A stretch of DNA of 64,000 nt, taken from Octopus vulgaris. Taxonomy: Eukaryota. The DNA lies in contig OX597833.1 in the NCBI GenBank assembly GCA_951406725.2, positions 62,620,001 through 62,684,000 on the forward strand, given 5' to 3'. The notes below the pieces were generated by a model that saw nothing but the letters and a program-made list of their open reading frames with translations, was not told the DNA's origin and ran no database searches. Position numbers and translations under genes: made by a program. Shown one piece after another: positions 12,201-23,700 of this stretch (its first letter is position 1; each line of letters starts with the position of its first letter).

Positions 12201-15200
12201 AGTACAGCATGTTGTTTCCAAATTTCTGGCAATGCGAACTGCGCTGTGGTGCCATTTTTCTCACAGACGATGCCCAACTGACCCTACTATACTGTGTAGT
12301 CAACAAAATCATAAACAATGCGCCTGCACGAAATTAAGAGTATAAAATGGCAACAATTTACCCATCGCACCCTGTATATACATGTACATAAAAATGAAAG
12401 CTATCTGGCAGACTTTTACAAAAAAAGAAGAGAAAATTCTTTCTTTAATAAAAGAAATTGTAACTTCTTATCCAACTGAAAAGAGAAACAGTTTGCAAAT
12501 AACTACTAACATAACCAGAGACAATGTTATCAAGTTTTCCTGTCAATAAAGATTGACTAATGCATTTTCGTTGTTTTAACCCTACAGAAGGATTTACTCC
12601 AAATAAGCCCTTAAAAAAGGGATGGGGGCTTAAACGATTAACAAGAAATCAATAATTTCTTTTTTCCAAAGTAGATATTGGCCTAATGTAAAAACAGCTT
12701 TTTCTTACCCTACCCTCAATGAACGGTAGGAACCAAATACACTTTCCACCCATCATTGTCATTCTATAAACTCACCAGGTCACCATATTATACAATTATT
12801 CTGGTAGTAATTGGGACAATATTCCAGAAGTTGTTTTAGGTCTTTAAAAAAGGAAATTGACATAATTTATCCAGGTCCTTGAAGAGAAGGAATAAAATCT
12901 TAATTTAAGTATATTCTAAAACTTTCAATTTAAAATGAAGGATAAATTCACCAAAAATATAAATGTATTTATTACTTGCAAATTTGTCATGGAAAACTGA
13001 AGTGAAAAGATGGAGGAAAGCTAGAAAAATTCTTCATATGATATATTCAGAGAAAAAGAAGCTTATGAAGTGGATTAATGAGTTAAGAAGCAGAATTAAT
13101 TAGGAACATGCTGCCTCGTTTTGAAAGTGAAATATTTATAACAATGACCAAACCGAAAGAGGTTTGAAACATTTCTCTCTCAAAATTTAAATGAAAATAA
13201 AAGAAAAGAAAAGACTGAGGATGAGCAAATATAGATGAATGAATAAATGAATGAATGAATGAATGAATAAATGAATGAATGAATGGATGACTGACAAGAC
13301 TCGCCCTCTGCAATGTTTGGCAGTCGTTAAGGGACGAAGGAACGGTTCCCGTTACAGTTATTGCAAACTAACCTTTGGTTGTAGCCTTGTAAATATTAGT
13401 TTTCGGGTTTGATGCTGTGCCAGCAGGTGATGGATCTGAAATGATTGATGAGCCAGGGGCATCTTTATTTCATTTATGATTGGAGAGATCAGAGTGAAGA
13501 TGACACATATACTAGTCGACAGTGTACAAAGTAGAGTTGAAATATTGCAGAACCAAAGTGAATTGTTGTCAGTGGACAGTAATGAAATGACGATGAATGA
13601 ACACTTTACATAATGAATGGTTGTTATCGTAAGCAATGGACAGCAGGATAATTAATTAGCAGAAATAATTAGCTATAAAATATTTTATTTAAAAAACCCT
13701 AAACAAACAAATATGAAATTTGGCTTAAAAGTTAAAAATCTGATAATGGTTTATAATTAGGTTATCTAAGTGAAGATTATTGTTTTTTCTATAATCTTTC
13801 CATGTATAGTTATGACCATTATTAAAAAACAAAAATTTTACCATCACATTTTAATATGATTATTGAACAGAGAATGGAAACACAGAACAACACTAATGTC
13901 ATCATGGAATAACTAATACCAAAACAAGATTATAAAACAAACTGCTTCAATTAACCACACTTCTCACTATGACACACACACACACACACACACACACACA
14001 ACACAAAGATATTGAGACAAAAGTGAAACATGAAAGAAAAGTCATTGGAGAAGAAATGCCAACATAAAAATATGTAAAAAAAACAAAAAAACATTTGAAT
14101 AAATGAATAGTCACTGGGTGCTGTCACAAGATGATACATTCAAGATGTTTATGTATTTGTTTCTAAGAAGCTTCACCAAAACACCATCATTGTATTGGAA
14201 GAGAAATGTTGGTTAACACAGCATTAGAACTGATGAAACAGTTGAAAAACTGTCAACAAAACAGTAAAGAATCTACTGTTCAAAGAGGCTAGGAATTTTG
14301 ATTTCCGTGGTACTATGTAGAAGACTATGAAAAAGTTATATACTAGACTATGTACAAGACAAAGAAAGATTGTTATATAAACTGGGATCTCATGCAAGAG
14401 CCTTAAAAATTCTTAGTTGATGAAAAAATTCTTAGTTTGATAAAATGATATATATATATATAGTATGAATGAACAAGGGATGATCCATGCAATGTGATAT
14501 AATGGAGGTGTAAGTTCAAAATTATGATGAACATTGTAAAGAAGCTGGTCTATCTCACCATGTTGAGAAGCGTGTATTACAAACTTCTGATTTTACGAGT
14601 GCGTAATGAATTTAAATAAGCAGCAAATAACCAAATGCATACATAGGAAATCAGACAAGAATGGTTAGAGTTCATGTAATGCCACTGAACTGTTTCATAG
14701 AGTGCAGGTATATTGAAATGATTTAGTGATTGCAATCACATCTACACTTCTCTACCATCATGTGGCATCTGTAACAAGTGGGGTCTGTACATGTAGTTTA
14801 AAGAGCCTCAACTTCAATGTCAAGTCACACTAAGTTTACTGTGAAGTTTATGTTAAGAGGACAAATGTTTGTGGAAGACACACACTAGTAATAATATTAA
14901 CCAAATAACCAAAAAGAAGATCACTTTTACATTTATTTGTATATCAAAAATAAAATGCTTCACTAAGTGCTACATGTTCCTGCTGATGCCGTTCAGTACC
15001 ATCTATCTGACCAAAAGGTACAACTGTTTAAATAAGGGATAATAGTTCAACCTGTTAGAAACAACAGCAAAATCTCCCTTAAATCACATCCCCAATGTTG
15101 TAATAGAAAAAAAAATCCATAAAAATGTTTCTGAAAACAGTCCTCTGGACATTACATAATCCAAGACACTAATATCTGAAACAACTCTGATCATAGGTTG

Positions 15201-16251
15201 ATTTACTATAGCAGTTTTTCTGGAGCAAAATATGATTAAAATGTTAGGCCAGTTGCTATGATTTTGCACATTCAGGCATGCAAATTGCAAGAAAGTTCAG
15301 TTTTACTTTAAGCAGTCAAGTGGAGTCTATTGCAAGTGATGGGAAAGAATTACTCAAGAGGATTCCTTAAAAAAGTAAAAAATTTTTTAAAAAAAAGTCC
15401 TTTCTTGGAGCCAGTAGTAGAGGAGACAATAACAAGAATTATATATCTAGAAAAAAAGGTTAAGTATAGAAACATTTAGCAATACATAAACACACAGAGA
15501 AAGAAAGGAGGAAAGATTTAAAAAAAAAAAAAAGATTAAACTAATAAATACATAAAATACACGTTTCTATTGCTGTAAAATGAAAAATATTTTTTTAAAA
15601 ATTCAGTGATTCCAATTTAGCTGTTAAATAAAACTGAAAAATGTTAAAAACTTTTTATGCATTTAGCTTAAAATCTCCCCCAGTAAATATTGAGCACCAC
15701 CAGTTCTAGGTATTTCTGGTGCTTCATATTGGTAACAACAGCCAAATTAAGTAGAGTGCTTAAAGCAAATTTAGATGAACAAGGTGGTTGGAGAGGTAGA
15801 TTATCTGGGGGTTTTCTAAGGTGCACAATGAGCTTACCATATTCATCTACATATTCGTCTGGGTATTCTGCAGAGTAAAAATATACAAACAAGTGTATTT
15901 CTAAAATAAATTGTAGACTTTAGTCAATCAATTGGGTTGTTTAGAAATAGTGGGAATAAAATGAAAACTATATTTAATGAAAAAAACTTTGGAATTAAGT
16001 ATGCCACCTTAAATTTAAATATAATTATTGGAGTGTCAATAAGAATGGGTTCATTTAAAGAGAAAAAAAAACAAAAAAACAAATAAGACAACATTTAGTA
16101 GAACACGTAACACAAGCAATAATGACATGGTTTGAAGTAAGAGTAAGCAGCAGTGAAAAAATTTCTAATTAATATTCATCGTTAAAAAAAAAAAGGACAA
16201 TTCCACACAGTATGCAAAACAAGATTCACTTAAGCAAAATATTTTTTTTCT

Positions 16252-16299
<48 letters not shown>

Positions 16300-19200
16300 G
16301 CAATTGAGAGATATTTACTTCTGGACCAATCAGAAGAACAAAAATGTGATTAAAAAACTATCTATTTTTTAATTAGAAATTTGAATATTAAAAAAAAAAA
16401 AAAAAGTGTGACGATTCAGGTTAAATCTGATTATATAAGAAATTGCGCAAATTAAAAATTATTCTAAAGTTTACTCTATAAAAAGAACAAAGCTGTTATT
16501 TAAAATTCAGTCAAGAAATTATCTAAATAAACAGCAAGTCGTTAAGTCTAATAATCTTATTAGGCTTAACACACAAAGCTCAACGGGCCATGATCTTGCC
16601 CAGATAGATGCATTTAATTTATGGCCGTTTGTTGGGGTCTAATGTCACTTAAACACTCCAATACCCTCCACATCCACCCCACTAGAATGCAAAAGGACTA
16701 ATAGTTCAACTAATGACTTTTCAGATTATGTAAAATTTGCCACCATTGTATACTAAGAAGATATTCTAACTATTTTGTGCATGGTAGTCACATTTTCATG
16801 AAATGTGCTCGGCAGTTCTTGCTATGCAAGTGCAAATCCCAGCGTTTTATGGGTTAACTAAAAACCAATTCTAATATGTTTTTTGTTAATTATTTAGGTA
16901 ATACTGAAAATATGCAAGAGTTCTACTTTAGTTCCATAATTTTTGTGTCCCTGAAGCCATTCCTACAGAAAGGATAAATATTTATAGAATAAGGTGAATT
17001 TTTTAATAAAAATGAGCTGAGTAGCTGTGTGGTAAGTAGCTTGCTAACCAACCACATGGTTCCGGGTTCAGTCCCACAGCGTGGCACCTTGGGCAAGTGT
17101 CTTCTGCTATAGCCCCGGGCCGACCAATGCCTTGTGAGTGGATTTGGTAGACGGAAACTGAAAGAAGCCTGTCGTATATATGTATGTGTGTGTGTTTGTG
17201 TGTCTGTGTTTGTCCCCCTAGTATTGCTTGACAACCAATGCTGGTGTGTTTGCATCCCTGTCACTTAGTGGTTCGGCAAAAGAGACCGATAGAATAAGTA
17301 CTGGGCTTACAAAGAATAAGTCCCGGGGTCGATTTGCTCGACTGAAGGCGGTGCTCCAGCATGGCCGCAGTCAAATGACTGAAACAAGTAAAAGAGTAAA
17401 AGAGAGAGATATAAAGATACCTAGTTGAGATATTAATAAACAGAACCTCGAAATGCAATTCAAGGAGTAGTGCTCTCATCAGTTTTCCACTATCTACAAT
17501 GGACTTATTGATATATTTTGCAGCTTTAATCTGCAAAGCTGATTCACTTAAAATAAATCATTCTCTTTGCTTTCCAACAGGTCTGAAAACTACTCATAGA
17601 CACTGTGACAGGACAAACAAGATTACAATATACTAGAAAAAGCTATTTTGATATCTATCAGTTTATCTACAAAAACAATTGGGAACCGAAGACAGTGACT
17701 AGAGTTTAAATTCTTCTAAATAAGAATCCTGCCCAAACATCAAGGACCGACTCTGAAAAAATGGTTAGGCATTCATTGTGAGGCGTTGGCTGACAATCAC
17801 AGTGTCTACAATGGACCTCATACCCTATATTCCACCACTGGCTAAGCAATAGAGAGTTCATGTGATTTCAGGATATGTCGACTCTATATTCCATCACTGA
17901 CATACCAACCAACCTAGACAAGGCTGACATTTGACTAACAGCAAAGCAAGATAGAATACCATCAACGGAGCACCAAATTAGCTTAAAAGTTTAAAAGGAG
18001 GAGATTATGTTTATAGTTAAACAATTCGAATACATAATCATGCCTGCCAGCTAGCAGCAGCAATAACCACCTTTAATATTACTGTATTAGATGTAAAGTT
18101 CCTTTAAAACTGTTATTAAATATCAACTGATCGACCATTTAAATGATAAGACGATAATTCTTTCCATGATAGACCTGATTGTCTTTCTTTTTTCTTTGAG
18201 TGTGAGGTTTATTATTTCAACTCCAGTCCTCGAAAGGTTTTATTTTATCAATACTACCAGAAAGATGAAAGGCAAAGTTGATCTGAGCGAGATGTGAACT
18301 CAAAATCTAAAGAGCCAGAAGAAATACCGCTATGCATTATGTCATTTCAGCCCACTTCCTTAATAATAATAATAATAATAAATAAATAAAATGCCCAAAA
18401 GACCTTTGAGAGAAGAGAAATAGATTAAAAGTACAACATTTGATAAAAAAAATTAAGGAGAATATATAAACCAACAATAAATCTTTATATTTTTTTTCAG
18501 GTACCAGAAGGAAATGCCTGCAGGAATAAGTGCTCATTAAATTTAGCAAGAGAGGTAAAGAATGGCTTGAAGAAGAATTTATAATTCCCTCAATTGTGTT
18601 ATAGTTCTTACCAGATTCTTCAATACTATCAGGTGAATCTATATGAATATGAAAAAAAAGTGGGAACAATTTCATTTTTAAATTTGATAAACAGCTAAAA
18701 ATATATTTCTTAGTTACTGTGTTGTAGTACTAATTTTTCTGTTTTTTTTCTTTTTTTTTTTTTTTTTCTTAATTCTTTTTACACTAAAAAAAGGAAGTAT
18801 CAAATGCCTAAAATACATGCTACATATATCATACATATACATGCAAAAACAATTTTTCAACGCTGAAATTATTAAATCTATTTTTAATGAAAATCTTATT
18901 TGTGTACTTCAAATCCAAAACATTAACATCACACAGCTCAAAAATCAAATCCAATTGTAAAACTAAACAGAACATTTTATAAATACAGTAATTTAAATAA
19001 CATAACATAACATTAAATAACAGAAAATAATACTTGGGTGATGATGAAATAAAAACTGTGTTGGAATCTAATGTCAAATATTCAGTTTTATAAGTTCATG
19101 CAACAAACAGGAGATAACTATTTTATATATAACCTTTTTAACAACATTTCCAGCAAAAGACAATGGGAGGGAAACTAACACATTTAACCAATATTATGAG

Positions 19201-20752
19201 GAAATAAAAAGGTAAAACTTACGTTTTTTTGTCACAATAATCACAGGTCGTGGAGCTGAGCCTCCAACTTTATTAACAGCTACAACTTGTACCTCGTAGT
19301 GTGTATCAGCTTTTAAGTTTGTAAGTAATGCAGAGGTCTTTCCTTCAACAGTCCTTGTCATATAGTCTCCATTTTCCTTACTGTTGTCAACTGCCCAGGG
19401 CTCTTTTTCTGTTATATGAACCTGTGTATGTCAAAGGTAAAAAAAAAAAAAAAAAAAAAAAAAGTTTGCAAGGTTCAGATATCGCCACTTGCCAAGGGAA
19501 CAAAAAAAAAAAAAAAGTACAAAGAAAATTGTAAGAAGGGTTCATGGAATTTTTCAAAACACATCCATAGGCGCAGGAGTGGCTGTGTGGTAAGTAGCTT
19601 GCTTACAAACCACATGGTTCCGGGTTCAGTTCCACTGCGTGGCACCTTGGGTATGTGTCTTCTACTACAGCCTCAGGCCAACCAAAGCCTTGTGAGTGGA
19701 TTTTGGTAGACGGAAACTGAAAGAAGCCCGTCGTATATATGTACATATATATATGTGTGCGTGTTTGTGTGTCTGTATTTGTCCCCCAGCATTGCTTGAC
19801 AACCAATGCTAGTGTGTTTATGTCCCCGTCACTTAGCGGTTCGGCAAAAGAGACCGATAGAATAAGTATTGGGCTTACAAGGAATAAGTCCCGGGGTCGA
19901 GTTGCTCAATTAAAGGCGGTGCTCCAGCATGGCCGCAGTCAAATGACTGAAACAAGTAAAAGAGTAAGAGTAAATCAAAAGATACTGTCGAACTACCTGC
20001 ATCAAGAACTACAAAACAAAAAAGTAAAAAATGCTACAACATTGCACCCTTTTGATATCCACCCTTCCTGAGGCCACCCCAGTTTCTCCAATATAAACAT
20101 CCTACTTTAAAAGTGATCTAAATTAAAGCCATCCCTCAAAATTTTACATAAATTTATGTTCCAAAAGCTTGCTAATAATAACAAAGTTATTCCAACATAT
20201 TCTTCATTATTCTCAAAATTAATTGAGACAAAGAGTTTGGTCAGCCAAGGCCTACAGTAGAATAACTTCTAGATACCGCACAGTAGGAATGAACCTGATA
20301 ACACATGGTTAAGAAGTAAGCTTCTTAAACACTCTACCACGCCTATGTGTGTACATATACACACATGTATACACACATACATACATACATACACATATCC
20401 AATGCAAACTTATACGTATATACAAAACACAGATCCACATATACATCGTAGTTTACTCACTTGCAAGTTGATCTAGAAATTAAACACCAAGAAAGTAACA
20501 AAACCAAACACGGAGAATGTTAACTTGAAAAACTTCAAGAGAATTCTTTACCATTCTGTATTGAATTGAATAGGACACTATATCTGCTCCACCAGTGCGG
20601 GGTTCGTCCCAAGTCACCCGGTAACTTTGCGGACTGGTTCCATATCTATTTGAGGTAATGATTACATCAAATGGTTCTCCTGAAATTTAATAGCAAAGTT
20701 AACAATGAACAGTATTTTCCCAAATGAACAAGGCAGAGAGGTGTGTGTGTGG

Positions 20753-20797
<45 letters not shown>

Positions 20798-23700
20798 TGA
20801 GTGAGTGAGAGAGAGAGAGAAAGAGAGAGAGAGGAAAGAGAGAGGGTGGGGGTGGGGAATAAAATCATCTTTCTAATCCATTTTTAGGATCTTTTCGGTT
20901 TGAACGGCAGTTTTTTAAATAATTTCCACGTAACTAAACACTTTTAAACTTTGTATACAGGTAGAATGTGTTTAAAAAAAACATCTTTTTCTCTTGGCTT
21001 TATTGAGAAAATTCTATAGTTAGTAAGGTATTTGTTATTTTTCTTCAATTTCTGCAATTTCAACCAATCAATGACATCTATTGAGGTGAAAACATTTTGT
21101 GCCGTATGAATATGTCCCTCGTTTAAGAAACAGATTGGGTTTATTTACATTTCTGAAGAAAAAAAAGATACCCTTACCCCCACCCCTAACCAACTCTAAC
21201 TAACCCTAAAACAGATTGAAATGCAACAGATCGATACTAGGGTCATAATTATGGGTGACAATTTCATATGACACCGCTAGAAAAATCTGCCGTTCAAACA
21301 GAAAAGATCCCATTTTTACCCACACCACTCAATTTCAATTAGATTCAAGCGCATACTTCATGCAAGAAGCTCTCCACCTGATTCTCATGCTGGCACCGGC
21401 TGAACATGTTTTCTGTGACACTGGTTTATGGACTGATACTTTCCCTGCCGCCGACTCTTTTAGTCACCACTTTTGAACACAAAAAGACCCAGTGCACCAA
21501 TTCTAAAATTGGGATTCACATATCCACACACACTTTCTAAATCAGGAGGAAGTGACTGTGTCCAATGGCCTTTGCAAAACTTTCCAGGCTACAGGTGAGG
21601 TTGATGCAATTGAAGCTTAAACAATTTCAGGCAATACACAGGTGGGAAGGTTGGGGATGACATGGTTGAAAGGAGAAGAGATGCATTAGGTGTGGGAGTA
21701 TAAGAGCCAGCTACCTCTGAGGAACAGAATTCATTGTAGTGGCAGCAGCAAAGGTAGAATGAGAAAACAGCCAAGTCTGTAGGTCAGGTCAGGGTGTATT
21801 AGGTATGGTAATATAATGTTAATAAAGAAATCAATGGAAATTGTAGTTGTGATCCCTGTGTCGGTGGCACGTAAAAAGCACCATCCGAACGTGGCCGATG
21901 CCAGCGCTGCCTTCCGTACCAGTGGCACGTAAAAAGCACCATCTGAACGTGGCCAATGCCAGCGCCGCCTTGACTGGCTTCTGTGCCGGTGGCACGTAAA
22001 AAACACCAATCCTATCATGGGCGTTGGCACATGAAAAGCACCCACTACACTCACAGAGTGGTTGGCGTTAGGAAGGGCATCCAGCTGTAGAAACACTGCC
22101 AGATTAGACTGGAGCCTGGTGCAGTTTCCTGGTTTCCCAGACCCCAGTCGAACTGTACAACCCATGCTAGCATGGAGAACAAATGTTACACGATGATGAT
22201 GAAAAACTTGCAGAGAAGGGCTTAGTACAAGGCAATTAGACCCCATGTAAATGTAGTAAAACTGAAATGATGTAAGAAAACTGATTGTTATGGGAGAAAA
22301 TATAGAAGGGAAGAAAAGAAAAATTTACAGCAAATGCAAGCAGAGAAAACTATGATTAAAATCTACTTACTAATATTAGGTGTCTCAGAAGATAAATCAA
22401 CTGATGTTGTACTGAGTCCAACTCTGTTTCCAGCAAACACTTTTAGCTGATATTTGGTGTTTGGAGTCAAGTATTCAAGTATAACAGTCTGGGGTTTACT
22501 TGGTTCTACAAAGAAAAGGTTGAAACGTGAAAATTGTTAGACAAAAGCCAAAATACATTTAAACTTGCTGGTACTTCTGCTAGCACCATTACATTACCTA
22601 TTTCTTTATTACCCACAAGGGGCTAAACATAGAGGGGACAAACAAGGACATACATAGGTATTAAGTCGATTACATCGACCCCAGTGCGTAACTGGTACTT
22701 AATTTATCGACCCCGAAAGGATGAAAGGCAAAGTCGACCTTGGCGGAATTTGAACTCACAACGTAACGCAGACGAAATACCGCTAAGCATTTCGCCCGGC
22801 GTGCTAACGTTTCTGCCAGCTCACCGCCTTACACCATTACATTACCGAAGACTACATCATATTCCTGTGAATAAAATGTTGATTTCCCAACCCGCCAAAC
22901 AGCCATGCACACCAAATTGTTGTTATAAATGCAGTTAGGCCTAAATTTGATCAGGCACTGATATTGAATGATTTATCTTCAAATAGTGTCAGTCGATTGA
23001 CAATCAGAAGCCAACAAATGAAGTCTCAATGCTGTTGCTCAACCTGATGGAAACAGCTGTTAAATCTCAATTCAAAATTATGGGATCTTTTCGCTTTGAC
23101 CGGCAGATTTTTAAAATAATTTTCTACCAAAAATACCAATATGGTCCAGAAAGGAAATGTAGTGTCAAGGGAAACAGCAGTGGGATAGATGTGCTGGTGG
23201 TGGTGGTGGTGATAGTAGCAGAAGCAAAATGGGGATGAGGAAGATGAAGGTGAGGTGCCCATATGTAATATGGGCATACACAGTGTTTCCAGAACTGTTT
23301 TGCTATGATGGGAAAGTCTTTTCAAGGACCATGCATCACCAGACAGCCTGGTCCCCTGTGACACTCAGAGTCCTGTGGTCAGCCTCTACCACCATGTCCC
23401 ATGTCTTCCTGGATGTCCTTCAACCACAAGCTCCAGCCATGTTTAGTGATTGGCACTTCTTTACAGAGCAATCCTCATCCATACACACCACATGTCCCTA
23501 CCAGTGCAGTCTTTTTTTTGTACAGTACATCTGATTCCACTTAGGCTCAGTTTTTCTCCCAGCACATATTGTCATTTATGTATACTTTTATTTGCACATA
23601 CAACAGAGCATGCTCATTCATTTCTTTCCAGTCTTCGTGTGTGTGTGTGTGTGTTATAACATACAGACACAATGGGACTCTGAGTTTCCACCTACCAAAC

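Noticed and set aside
12468-12475. Strong acceptor tgtttctcttttcag followed by xTT GGA TAA
   Set aside because: No donor or other support; cannot be told apart from a cryptic site
13358-13636. Hydrophobic 92-aa ORF as a possible TM exon
   Set aside because: The nearest good acceptor (about 13673) gives an immediate stop in phase 1; only 13373-13435, in another frame, has proper splice signals
14559-14586. 28-nt segment with a gtgaga donor
   Set aside because: No pyrimidine tract and not frame-preserving
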